From a virus (lineage: Duplodnaviria > Caudoviricetes): a DNA stretch of 60,510 nucleotides. Below, piece by piece: positions 26,415 through 35,898 of this stretch (positions are counted from its first letter, which is position 1; each line of letters begins with the position of its first letter). The stretch covers positions 1 to 60,510 of IMG/VR virus record IMGVR_UViG_3300010052_000208; one strand, written 5' to 3'. The translations under genes were made by a program, and so were the position numbers. The notes under the pieces were generated by a model that saw only the letters and a list, made by a program, of their open reading frames with translations, had not been told where the DNA came from and did no database searches.

Positions 26415-28661
26415 ATGACCGATTCAGCAGAGTTCGCCGCCATCATGGGGCCGGTCGCCGAGGCCGTGCTCCCAGAGTTCGTCGACAAGAACAAGGCGAT
26501 GTCGAGTGCCAGCGAGCTGCGCTGGGGCAAGAACGGCAGCGTCTCCGTAGATCTGGTTAAGGGCGTGTGGGCGGATCATGAAGATCAGACCGGCGGCGGA
26601 GTCCTCGACCTGCTCCGTGCCTTCAAGGGTTTCGAGAAGCCTGAAGCGCTCGAATGGCTGCAGGAGAATGGCTTCATTCAGCGCAGGGAACGCGGTGGTG
26701 GTGACGGCAATCGGTCACCACAGGGCAAGTTCGCCGGGTTCATGGATGACCATCCGATCGCGACCTTCGAATATTTCGACGACAAGGGCCGCCTCGCCTA
26801 CGAGGTCCTCAAATTCGCCAAGACGGCCCCACGCCGCTATATGCAGCGCCGTCGACATCCATCCGGTGGCGGCTGGATCTGGGGCCTGCAGGCTGGCCTC
26901 TACGGCCGCGTCCGCTCCGGAGACTGGTTCAAGGCGAAGTCCGGCAAGCACTACGAGGCCGAGGAACACATCCCGGAGGCGCAGCGCTGGCTCTATCAGC
27001 GTGACGAGGTCCTGGCCGCAATCGCAGCTGGGAAAACGATCTTCCTAACCGCCGGTGAGAAGGACGCGGAAACCCTGCGGGCTTGGGGGCTGACGGCCAC
27101 CACCAACGCCGGCGGCGAGAAATATTGGACCGACAGCTTCGACGACGACCTCGCCGGCGCCGACATCATCATCCTGCCCGACAATGACGACACCGGCCGG
27201 CAGCGGGTCATGCTGCGCGGCGCCGGCCTGAAGCCGAAGGCGAAATCGGTTCGCGTCCTCGATCTTGCACAGCACTGGAAAGAGATCGGGCCGAAGGAAG
27301 ACGTCACCGACTGGAAGGAAAAGGGCGGCGGTACCGCGGATAAGCTGAAGGCGCTGGCGAAGAAGGCACCGCACTGGACGCCGGTGCGGCCGCGCGACTT
27401 CGGCGCCTATTACCACGACGAGATCGACGGGCCCGGGCTCGAATACGACTATCTGATCGACGGTCTCCTGACCTCGCGCGGCCGTTCGGTCGTCGGCGGT
27501 CCTTCAGGATCCGGCAAATCATTCTTCGCGCTGCACGCCGCGTACTGCATCGCCAGGGGCCAGGAGTTCTTCGGCCACGCCGTCGAGCGCGGTGGCGTCA
27601 TCTACCAGGCCGGCGAAGGCGGTCTTGGCATGAAGAAGCGGCAGAAGGCGTACCGCAAACACTTCGAGGTCGCCGATGATGAGGAAATCCCGCTGGTCGT
27701 CCTGCCCGCCAAGGTCGATCTCTTCGCCCGGGAGGGCGACACCGACCGCCTGATCACGACCATAAAGGCGATCAAGATCACGATGTCGCAGCCGCTGCGC
27801 GTGGTCTTCATCGATACCCTCGCCACCGCGACGATCGGCGCCGACGAGAACAGCGGCAAAGACATGTCGGTGGTACTCTCCAACATTGCCCGCATCGAGC
27901 ATGAATGCGGCGTCCACGTCTGCCTCGTCCACCACATGAACGCCGACGGCAAGAAACTCAGGGGCCACACCTCGATCCATGCCAACGTCGACACCGTGAT
28001 CGTGGTCACGATGGATGAGAGCACGAAGATCCGCACCGCGAGGCTGACGAAGCAGAAGGATGATGAGGACGGCATCAAGATACCGTTCACGCTGGCCTCG
28101 GTCCCGGTGGGCATGAACCCGAAGACGGAGCGGGAGATCACGTCCTGCGTCGTGCTCACGGTGTCGGAGAAGGACAAACTCAAGAAGGAGCAGGAGCAGT
28201 TCGGCTATTCGGTCCGGCCGTCGGAGGAAGCCCTCCTCATCCCCATGTTTCGAGCCATCAAGAAGTATGGCCGCTTCATCACCGACGAGAAGGAAGGACC
28301 ATCCGAGGCTGTCGGCAAGCACGTCGTTGACTTCACCCACTTCCTCGATGTTGCCGTGGAGATGGACCCTACCGGTGACGATAAGGGAGACGCGCGCGAT
28401 CGCATCAGGGTCTCATTCAAGCGCAACACCAATTACCTGATCAAGCACCAGGTCATCGCGTTCAAACGGGTCACCGACAAGACCGCTCTGCTTTGGTGGA
28501 CTGGCAAGCCGATCCGAAGCTTCCCGGAGACGTTCCCGGAGCATATGCGCGATCGGACAAATTCCGGACAAAGCACCGACATTTCCCGGACAAACGCCGA
28601 CATGCCCACTTCGCCGGGCCTCGCTGAAATGATCGACAGCGATCAGGAGATCCTGTTTTGA
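26415..28661 (+). CDS. Primase-helicase (TOPRIM plus RecA-like AAA_25)
   Basis: GEKDA and PDNDDTG TOPRIM motifs; GPSGSGKS, FIDT, VHH, RG helicase motifs. Confidence 0.92.
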   Translation: MTDSAEFAAIMGPVAEAVLPEFVDKNKAMSSASELRWGKNGSVSVDLVKGVWADHEDQTGGGVLDLLRAFKGFEKPEALEWLQENGFIQRRERGGGDGNRSPQGKFAGFMDDHPIATFEYFDDKGRLAYEVLKFAKTAPRRYMQRRRHPSGGGWIWGLQAGLYGRVRSGDWFKAKSGKHYEAEEHIPEAQRWLYQRDEVLAAIAAGKTIFLTAGEKDAETLRAWGLTATTNAGGEKYWTDSFDDDLAGADIIILPDNDDTGRQRVMLRGAGLKPKAKSVRVLDLAQHWKEIGPKEDVTDWKEKGGGTADKLKALAKKAPHWTPVRPRDFGAYYHDEIDGPGLEYDYLIDGLLTSRGRSVVGGPSGSGKSFFALHAAYCIARGQEFFGHAVERGGVIYQAGEGGLGMKKRQKAYRKHFEVADDEEIPLVVLPAKVDLFAREGDTDRLITTIKAIKITMSQPLRVVFIDTLATATIGADENSGKDMSVVLSNIARIEHECGVHVCLVHHMNADGKKLRGHTSIHANVDTVIVVTMDESTKIRTARLTKQKDDEDGIKIPFTLASVPVGMNPKTEREITSCVVLTVSEKDKLKKEQEQFGYSVRPSEEALLIPMFRAIKKYGRFITDEKEGPSEAVGKHVVDFTHFLDVAVEMDPTGDDKGDARDRIRVSFKRNTNYLIKHQVIAFKRVTDKTALLWWTGKPIRSFPETFPEHMRDRTNSGQSTDISRTNADMPTSPGLAEMIDSDQEILF
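28554..28603 (+). repeat. Five CGGACAAA/CCGACAT iteron-like repeats at 10-11 bp spacing
   Basis: Units start at 28554, 28565, 28576, 28587, 28597. Confidence 0.65.
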
Positions 28662-29107
28662 ACCCGCGTCTCACCGGCATCGTCAGGCAGCTCTGCGACG
28701 AGTTCCGCATCGAGATTATCGACGGCCAAAGCTATCCCGAGATCGGGCAAACGAGGGCCGTGGAAACGCTGGCCCGAATCTATCGTCGGCACGGCGAAAC
28801 GCATCTCCGAATGGTGCTGACGACGCTGGCGGAAACGGCCAACAACAAGGTGCTGCTCGACGAAGTCGGCCTCTGGATGGCATCCGACATGGTGCTTGTC
28901 CGCGGCGTCGATCATATCGACAGCGAATGGCTCGACTTGTGGGACCGCATGCCGGTCGGCCAGCTGCAGTATGTCTGTCAGGATCTCAGCGGGCTCGTTC
29001 CGCAGCGCTACGCCTTGGGCGGCATGGTTTATGAGAGAATTTACCGGACCTTCGGCAAGGATGCTGACCAGCTCGATCTGTTCGATGACATGAGGCGGCC
29101 GCGTTGA
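28658..29107 (+). CDS. Hypothetical protein
   Basis: Coupled to primase. Confidence 0.7.
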   Translation: MNPRLTGIVRQLCDEFRIEIIDGQSYPEIGQTRAVETLARIYRRHGETHLRMVLTTLAETANNKVLLDEVGLWMASDMVLVRGVDHIDSEWLDLWDRMPVGQLQYVCQDLSGLVPQRYALGGMVYERIYRTFGKDADQLDLFDDMRRPR

Positions 29108-29802
29108 ATACCGGCGAGATCGCAGAGCTCTTTATTCGCGCCGCCGAGATCGATCGCGCCACCCCTGAGCACGTCGGTCCTTCTCAGCCACGGTCGCTGG
29201 CCCTCCCCTATGTCCACACCCATGCCGACAAGACAGGCTGGGGGAAAGTGCCCGGCGATCAGCTCGTCGCCGGCGCCGATCCGCTCGCCGAGGAGCGCAA
29301 AGCTTTCTGGGATCGCATCGGTATCTTGCCCAGCGCGCACGAGATCTCGGAGCTTGAAATCCTGCAGGCCTGGTTGACGGCGATCGACAAGGAAGAAGAA
29401 CGCCGCGCCTTGCTGGCATGGGCTCGTTCTAAGGTCGGCGGAAAGGCTTTCAGGCGCTGGTGCTTCAAGGTCGAGGGCATCCATCCTGAGACCGGGAGAC
29501 GCAGGAAAGACCGCGCTTTGGCGAAAATTTCCGCAAAACTGGTTCGCAGCGGATCGCAGAATGGCGAAAACCCGGGAATCAGGGTGTTGCGCAGTGGCCC
29601 CGAAATCGGCCACCTTTCCGATACGATCGCGGAAGATGCGGGGCAACGAGACGGCCTCAACTCATGGGTCGCGGATGGCGCCATCAGCCCCTTTGTTCGT
29701 GATGAACCACAGGCCGCCTTCAGCTGGGCCCGGAAGCGCAACGAGCGCCGCCGCAAAAAGGAAGCGGCGAGACAAAAGGCGCTGAAATCAGGCCAGCCCT
29801 GA
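29104..29802 (+). CDS. Hypothetical protein, possible late-gene regulator
   Basis: Last early gene before HNH/packaging; positional call. Confidence 0.4.
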   Translation: MNTGEIAELFIRAAEIDRATPEHVGPSQPRSLALPYVHTHADKTGWGKVPGDQLVAGADPLAEERKAFWDRIGILPSAHEISELEILQAWLTAIDKEEERRALLAWARSKVGGKAFRRWCFKVEGIHPETGRRRKDRALAKISAKLVRSGSQNGENPGIRVLRSGPEIGHLSDTIAEDAGQRDGLNSWVADGAISPFVRDEPQAAFSWARKRNERRRKKEAARQKALKSGQP

Positions 29803-29824
29803 AAAGCTGTCAAGCTAAATCGAG

Positions 29825-29866
29825 CGGACAAACTCGCTACAAACCTCGGACATTTCCTGGACAAAT
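29825..29866 (+). repeat. Second iteron-like array, four GGACAAA-type units at 11-bp spacing
   Basis: CGGACAAAC, GCTACAAAC, CGGACATTT, TGGACAAAT. Confidence 0.6.
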
Positions 29867-30044
29867 TCGCCCCGGGCCCGAAACGCCGAAAAACCGTGGT
29901 ACCGATTCGCGGCCCCCTCGCGCACGCGCGCAGACGCTGATTCTGATCTTTCGGAGCCCTACGGCCGGCGGGCGAAAGCCCGGCCCGGCCAAGGCAGCGC
30001 TCTACGATATAAACGTAGAGCACTACATCAGGATCAATAATGGC

Positions 30045-30374
30045 ATGGTGCGCTTGCTACGTCCCCAAGTGCGCACCCTTGATATCCGCACCGCCAGGCC
30101 AGCAGTAAAGAAGGCTGACCCCGAGCTGCTCACCCCCGAGCACCGGACATGGCGAGCTGCTGTCCTTGCCCGTGCAGGCTACCGTTGCGAGTGGACCGAG
30201 GATGGAAAGCGCTGCCTGACGGCAGCTCCCCTGCGTCTGATCGCTGACCATATCAAGGAACGGAAGGACGGTGGCTCAGCGCTCGATCCTGCCAACGGTC
30301 AGTGTCTATGCGTCAAGCACAACACCCTGAAAGGTATCCGAGCTCGAGCTGCTCGCATGCAGCAACGCATCTGA
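30045..30374 (+). CDS. HNH endonuclease (packaging-associated)
   Basis: ADHIKE...N.QCLC..HN; upstream of terminase. Confidence 0.9.
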   Translation: MVRLLRPQVRTLDIRTARPAVKKADPELLTPEHRTWRAAVLARAGYRCEWTEDGKRCLTAAPLRLIADHIKERKDGGSALDPANGQCLCVKHNTLKGIRARAARMQQRI

Positions 30375-30515
30375 TCGGCTGGACGGACGAGGCTATGGCT
30401 CGTGAGGTCATACGCTGGGAGTGGGAGCATCCATGCTAGCGCGTCTAGCATCCATGCCAAGACCACCGAGGCCTGCGACCAAACCGAGGTGGGAAGCGAG
30501 CGGTCCAGCCGACCA

Positions 30516-30590
30516 GACCGGGGGGGTATCCGATCTCTGGGGGCTTGGGGGCCTGAACCGCTCGGGGCTCACGCGCGGATTTTTTTCTCA
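30516..30590 (+). other. Probable cos/packaging site region
   Basis: G-run ...CACGCGCGGATTTTTTT after HNH, resembling HNH-associated cos regions. Confidence 0.45.
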
Positions 30591-30810
30591 GCCTCAGGCT
30601 GAACACCACACTTTCCCGTCTATTAAAGGATGGGAGAACGAAGGCCCTGCTTCGGAAGAGGCGGGAGCACGGGCGTTGACGCGCCCGAGCCGCGAGCTGT
30701 CACTCGCATGACCAAGACCCGGCCGGCAGTCCGGCCACCCCGCCACCGCGCACGCGGCGGGGCGACGATGGGCCTTTTTCATGCATTCGCACAATTCATA
30801 CTCGGCCGAG

Positions 30811-31410
30811 ATGCGGCCGATTGCAGAGGTTATCCCCTACGAACGCAATCCGCGGGTGATCCCGGAGAGCGCGGTTCTCAAGGTTGCGGCTTCCATCCGG
30901 GAGTTCGGATGGCGACAGCCGATCGTGGTCGACGAGGCCGGCGTGATCATCGTCGGGCACACCCGGCTGAAAGCCGCCCAGCATCTCGGGCTCGAATCCG
31001 TCCCGGTGCATATCGCGTCCGGATTGTCAGCGAAGCAGGTCAAAGCCTACCGCCTGGCTGACAACCGGGTCGGCGAGGAAACCAGCTGGGATCTCCCGGC
31101 GCTGGCGATAGAGCTCGACGATCTCGGCGACTTCGATCTCGATCTCGGCGAGATAGGCCTCGACTTTGCGGGCTTTGACGACTTTGGCGATCAGTCCGCC
31201 AACGGCGATGAGCCGAAGGTCTCCTTGATGGAGCGTTTCGGGATCGCGCCATTCTCGGTGCTGAATGCCCGCGACGGATGGTGGCAGGATCGCAAACGCG
31301 CCTGGCTAGCAATTGGGATTGAATCAGAGCTCGGCCGCGGCGCCAACGCGATCGGCTTCAGCGAGACGGTGCTATCAGCGACGACCCCGAAAAAGCGGGG
31401 CAAGCGCTGA
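30811..31410 (+). CDS. ParB/Srx N-terminal domain protein
   Basis: PYERNPR, SIREFGW.QPIVVD, GHTR, RLADN. Confidence 0.88.
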   Translation: MRPIAEVIPYERNPRVIPESAVLKVAASIREFGWRQPIVVDEAGVIIVGHTRLKAAQHLGLESVPVHIASGLSAKQVKAYRLADNRVGEETSWDLPALAIELDDLGDFDLDLGEIGLDFAGFDDFGDQSANGDEPKVSLMERFGIAPFSVLNARDGWWQDRKRAWLAIGIESELGRGANAIGFSETVLSATTPKKRGKR

Positions 31411-32228
31411 TGCCCGGCAAAGCAAAGTCCAAGGTCAGGGCCGGACTCGTGTTCGGCGAAATGAAGATGGATGACGGTTCGGCGCGCACGCTGACCGGGA
31501 CATCCGTCTTTGATCCTGTCCTCTGCGAGCTGGCCTATCGCTGGTTCTGCCCGGTTGGCGGCGTCGTGATCGATCCCTTCGCCGGCGGATCGGTGCGCGG
31601 GATCGTGGCCTCAAAGCTCGGCCGATCCTATATCGGCGTCGACCTCCGGATCGAGCAGGTTGAGGCCAACCGCCTGCAGGCCGATCGAATATGCCAGGCG
31701 CCGGCGCCGGAATGGATTGAAGGGGACAGCCTCAAAATCGTCGATTTGCTCGGCGACCGCCGCGGCGACTTTCTGTTCTCTTGTCCGCCATACGCTGATC
31801 TTGAGCGCTACAGTGACGATGTTCGCGATCTGTCGACGATGGATTACGACGCCTTTCTGGCGGCCTATCGCGGGATCATCGCGGCGAGCGCCAAGCTGCT
31901 GAAAGACGACCGGTTCGCCTGCTTCGTCGTCGGTGACGTCCGGGACAAGCTCGGCCTCTACCGGAATTTTCCGGGGCATACGATCGACGCGTTTCATGCG
32001 GCTGGGCTTCGGCTCTACAACGAGGCGATCCTCGTCACACAGGCCGGCTCGCTTCCTGTCCGCGCCGGTAAGCAATTCGAGACCAGCCGCAAGCTGGGCA
32101 AGACGCACCAGAACTGCCTCGTTTTCGTGAAGGGCGACCCGCGGAAGGCCACCGCGGCATGCGGAATGGTGGAATTCGGCGAGCTGTCCGACGACGCCGG
32201 CGATCTGGAGTTCGGGGAGCCGCTTTGA
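31410..32228 (+). CDS. SAM-dependent amino-methyltransferase-fold protein
   Basis: DPFAGGS (motif I), FSCPPY (motif IV-like). Confidence 0.85.
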   Translation: MPGKAKSKVRAGLVFGEMKMDDGSARTLTGTSVFDPVLCELAYRWFCPVGGVVIDPFAGGSVRGIVASKLGRSYIGVDLRIEQVEANRLQADRICQAPAPEWIEGDSLKIVDLLGDRRGDFLFSCPPYADLERYSDDVRDLSTMDYDAFLAAYRGIIAASAKLLKDDRFACFVVGDVRDKLGLYRNFPGHTIDAFHAAGLRLYNEAILVTQAGSLPVRAGKQFETSRKLGKTHQNCLVFVKGDPRKATAACGMVEFGELSDDAGDLEFGEPL

Positions 32229-32917
32229 ACCCACCGGTCGTGATCGAGCATGACGGCGTCCATGTCGTTCGCGACGATCTCTTCCCTGGCGGGACGAAGG
32301 CGCGGTTCATCGGCCAGCTCTTCGATGGCGCCGACGAGGTTGTCTACGCCAGCCCGCAGGAGGGCGGCGCGCAAACTGCGCTGGCTACTGTCGCGCGGGA
32401 TCTCGGCAAGCGGGCGACGATCTTTGTCGCCAAGCGTGCTGATCCCCATCGTCGCGTCTTGGCCGCGAAGGCATTGGGCGCCAAGGTGCTGCAGGTCGAC
32501 CCGGGCTACCTGTCCGTGGTGCGTGCGAGGGCTGCAGCGTACTGCGAGGCTCGCGGCGCGCGCCTGGCGCCGTTCGGAATGGATTTTCCCGGCGCGGTGG
32601 ATGCTATCGCCGAGGCGGCGCTGCTCGCCGATGATGGGCCTTACGAAGTTTGGTGCGCGGGTGGGTCGGGCGTTCTAGCTCGCGGCCTAAAGAAAGCATG
32701 GCCGGATACGCGCCTGCATGTCGTGGAGGTCGGCCGCCTACTTTCGATTGACGCCAAGATCGAGCCATACGGGCGGCCGTTCTCGTCGGTCGCGCGGGTC
32801 GCGCCGCCCTTCCCCAGCGATCCGCACTACGATGCGAAGGCTTGGGAGGTCTGCCGACAGAAACGCGCCCGGGTCGGGCGCGTGCTGTTCTGGAATGTGA
32901 CGGGGCCGGCTATCTGA
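32225..32917 (+). CDS. Fold-type II PLP-dependent enzyme
   Basis: VRDDLFPGGTKAR (PLP Lys motif), GGSG phosphate loop, YDAK. Confidence 0.75.
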   Translation: MNPPVVIEHDGVHVVRDDLFPGGTKARFIGQLFDGADEVVYASPQEGGAQTALATVARDLGKRATIFVAKRADPHRRVLAAKALGAKVLQVDPGYLSVVRARAAAYCEARGARLAPFGMDFPGAVDAIAEAALLADDGPYEVWCAGGSGVLARGLKKAWPDTRLHVVEVGRLLSIDAKIEPYGRPFSSVARVAPPFPSDPHYDAKAWEVCRQKRARVGRVLFWNVTGPAI

Positions 32918-33134
32918 TCGCCTTGACGAAGGCCTGTCTGCCGGCGGCGTTGATCGCGTAGATGATAGTTCCGCGACCCATGCTCTCGGCCAGGGCGTCG
33001 GCCTCCGGTTGGGTTTCCGCTTCACGGGTGTCGTAGCGGCCGACCCCGCACTTGCGGGAGGCGGTGAACCGCACCGCCTCCGCGATGATGCCGGCGTTGT
33101 ATTCGTCGGCCGTCATTTCAGTCAGGCGCTTCAT
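32910..33134 (-). CDS. Hypothetical protein
   Basis: Coupled to 33131-33667, opposite strand. Confidence 0.6.
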   Translation of the reverse strand: MKRLTEMTADEYNAGIIAEAVRFTASRKCGVGRYDTREAETQPEADALAESMGRGTIIYAINAAGRQAFVKAIR

Positions 33135-33667
33135 GCCGCGGCCTCGATCGCGATGACGGCCAGGTCGCGGTAGCGTGAGATCGCCTTCGGGCTGCTCGAA
33201 TACGTCGGGATCTGCAGGGCTTTCAGCGCCTTGATATCCTTCTTCTCTACAAGGGCGACCACCTCGGCCAGCTTCTTTCGATAGGGCTTATGGGTCTCGG
33301 CGCTAAAATCCGGGGCGGCCGGCAGGTTGCCTGCTTTGGCATCTGCTTCGATCGCGGCGCGCTTTCCAGCGGCAGGCGCGGGTGTCACCTTCTGGCCATT
33401 CTTCGCCGTGGGCTTCTTGCCGGCCGTCTTCGGCTCTGTCTTCGCCTTCCCGGCCTCTATCAGGCCCGAAAGCATGCTGCAGGCGGCCTGATAGTCGATC
33501 GACTCGATGACCGCTGCGGCGTCGGCCACCGCGATCTTCTTGTCCGAGGCGACATTGTAGAACCGAGTCAAGCCGGCTTCCTTGCTGTTGGCTCGCTTGA
33601 AGCCGCCGCCCGAGATCATCGCGGTCAGCTTGGCGATCTCGGTCCCGCTGAGGTTCGTCTTGGTCAT
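33131..33667 (-). CDS. Hypothetical basic protein
   Basis: AAGGAG RBS; divergent from terS. Confidence 0.7.
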   Translation of the reverse strand: MTKTNLSGTEIAKLTAMISGGGFKRANSKEAGLTRFYNVASDKKIAVADAAAVIESIDYQAACSMLSGLIEAGKAKTEPKTAGKKPTAKNGQKVTPAPAAGKRAAIEADAKAGNLPAAPDFSAETHKPYRKKLAEVVALVEKKDIKALKALQIPTYSSSPKAISRYRDLAVIAIEAAA

Positions 33668-33784
33668 TTCAGTTTCTCCTTTTGCCTTCGGCGCCCTCGC
33701 CGATGGGTCTGGAGTTAAGCCTTCGTCCGACCGAAGCAACTCCAGAAAATGGAGATTTTTCAACGAATTGCAGGCCGACACCTG

Positions 33785-34195
33785 ATGCCAGGGAAACAAC
33801 ATAAGCCGGATGCGAAATCGCGGAAGATGGTCGAGGCCATGGCCGTGGTGGTGACGCAGGAAGAGATCGCGATCGTACTGGAAATCGACACCAAGACGCT
33901 GCGAAAGCACTACCGGCAGGAGCTCGATCGCGCGCTCATCATTGCCAACTCCAAAGTCGGTGCGAACCTCTTTAGGCTCGCTACCGGCAAGGGCCGCGAG
34001 GCAGTGACCGCGGCAATATTCTGGCTCAAGACCCGCGCCGGCTGGTCGGAATACACCCCGCCCCCAGTCCCGAAGGCGCCGACCCAGCCGATGCAGAAGC
34101 CTATGGGCAAGAAGGCCCAGGCCGACGCCGATGCCAAGGAGCCGCCGTCGGGCGACTGGTCCGACATCCTACCGGCTAACCGCCGGCCGGCCTGA
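33785..34195 (+). CDS. terS: Terminase small subunit
   Basis: HTH TLRKHYRQEL, AAIFWLKTRAGW; precedes terL. Confidence 0.8.
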   Translation: MPGKQHKPDAKSRKMVEAMAVVVTQEEIAIVLEIDTKTLRKHYRQELDRALIIANSKVGANLFRLATGKGREAVTAAIFWLKTRAGWSEYTPPPVPKAPTQPMQKPMGKKAQADADAKEPPSGDWSDILPANRRPA

Positions 34196-35886
34196 TGTAC
34201 GCCACGCTGGCGTGCCCCGACTGGGCGACGCGCCTTGAGGCAGGGGAATCGCTGATCCCGCCGCTGCCGCTGCACGCCGAAAAGGCGGCGACCGCGGTCA
34301 AGATCTTCAACAAGCTGCGGTTGCCCGACGTCATCGGCCAGCCGACGCTCGGTGAGGCCTGTGGAGACTGGCAGCGCGATATCGTCGCTGCTCTGTTCGG
34401 CGGCTTCGTCGAGCATGGAGAGTCCCGGTTCATTCGGGAAATCTTCAACCTTGTCCCGAAGAAAAACAACAAGACGACCGGTGCCGCAGCGATCATGATG
34501 ACCGCGCTGCTCGTCAACGAGCGGCCGCGTGCTGAATTCTTGCTTGTCGGGCCGACGCAGGCAGTCGCCGAAACCGCGTTCAGCCAGGCGGTCGGCATGA
34601 TCGAGGCCGACCCGTATCTTGCAAAGCGGTTCCACTGCGTCGAACACACGAAGCTGATCCGCGACCGCACCAACGGCGCGAAACTCAAGATCAAGACGTT
34701 CGATACCAAGGTCCTGGTCGGAGTGAAGCCGGTCGGCGTCCTGATCGACGAGTTGCACGAGATCGGCAAGGACGCCAAGGCGGCGAAAGTGCTGCGCCAG
34801 ATCCGGGGCGGTATCCTGCCGTTCCCGGAAGGCTTCCTGATCATCATCACGACACAGTCGGATGATGCGCCGACCGGCGTTTTCAAGGAGGAACTGCAGA
34901 AGGCCCGCGCGATCCGCGACGGCAAGCAGCAGGGCAACATGCTGCCGGTGCTCTACGAGTTCCCGGTTCGCATGATGAAGGACGGGTCGTGGCGGAACCC
35001 CGAGAACTGGTGGATGGTCACGCCGAACCGCGACCGCTCCATCACGATCGAGGCTTTGATCGAGGATTTCGCCGGCGAGGAACCGAAGGGCGACGCGGCG
35101 ATCCGGTTGTGGGCATCGCAGCACCTCAACATCGAGATCGGAATCGCGCTTGGCGGCGACAGCTGGGCCGGCGCCGAGTTCTGGCTCGGCAATACCGAGA
35201 CCGGGAAATCGAACGTCGACCGGACGCTGACATTCGCTGAGCTGCTGAAGCGCTCCGAAGTTGTCGTGGTGCATATCGACGGCGGCGGCCTCGACGATCT
35301 TCTCGGCTTCGCGGCGCTCGGCCGGGAGATCGGGACCGGCCACTGGCTGCTCTGGAATCATGCGTGGGCGCACAAGATCGTCCTGAAGCGCCGCAAGGAT
35401 ATCGCGGCCAAGCTGGAGGATCTCGAAGCGCTGAACCAACTGACGATTGTCGCCAAGCCAGGCGACGACGTCGACGAGGTCGCGCTTCTCATCATGCAGG
35501 TCGAGAATGCCGGCCTTCTCGCGGAAGAGGACGCGATCGGCGTCGACTCCTTCGGGGTCACCGACATCACCAAGGCGCTGACGGGTGACGAGTTCGGAAT
35601 CGCCTTGGAGCGGATTGTTGGCATCCCGCAGGGCTGGCAGCTCAACGGCGCGATCAAGACGACCGAGCGCGCGCTTGCCGGCGGTACGCTGGTGCACGGC
35701 GGCCTGGAGCTCATGAACTGGTGCGTCGAGAACGCGCGGGTTGAACCGCGCGGCAACGCGATCTCGATCACGAAACAGGTATCCGGGTCAGCCAAGATTG
35801 ATCCGCTGATGGCGACCTTCGGCTGCGTCGTGCTGATGGGTCGCAATCCGCAGCCGGCCGGGACGGCCGAAGTTTTTGCCATCTGA
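34195..35886 (+). CDS. terL: Terminase large subunit
   Basis: VPKKNNKTT, IDELH, ITTQ, KIDPLMA. Confidence 0.95.
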   Translation: MYATLACPDWATRLEAGESLIPPLPLHAEKAATAVKIFNKLRLPDVIGQPTLGEACGDWQRDIVAALFGGFVEHGESRFIREIFNLVPKKNNKTTGAAAIMMTALLVNERPRAEFLLVGPTQAVAETAFSQAVGMIEADPYLAKRFHCVEHTKLIRDRTNGAKLKIKTFDTKVLVGVKPVGVLIDELHEIGKDAKAAKVLRQIRGGILPFPEGFLIIITTQSDDAPTGVFKEELQKARAIRDGKQQGNMLPVLYEFPVRMMKDGSWRNPENWWMVTPNRDRSITIEALIEDFAGEEPKGDAAIRLWASQHLNIEIGIALGGDSWAGAEFWLGNTETGKSNVDRTLTFAELLKRSEVVVVHIDGGGLDDLLGFAALGREIGTGHWLLWNHAWAHKIVLKRRKDIAAKLEDLEALNQLTIVAKPGDDVDEVALLIMQVENAGLLAEEDAIGVDSFGVTDITKALTGDEFGIALERIVGIPQGWQLNGAIKTTERALAGGTLVHGGLELMNWCVENARVEPRGNAISITKQVSGSAKIDPLMATFGCVVLMGRNPQPAGTAEVFAI

Positions 35887-35898
35887 GAAGGCGGGTCT

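Noticed and set aside
31400-31420. ParB/methyltransferase split as a pseudogene
   Set aside because: Clean TGATG coupling and intact motifs suggest two functional genes, although fused homologues may exist.
33910-35697. Long antisense ORFs (also 6811-8142, 23202-24545, 38509-40011, 44371-45864, 57363-58862)
   Set aside because: Shadow frames opposite well-supported genes, expected with high GC3; no recognisable motifs.
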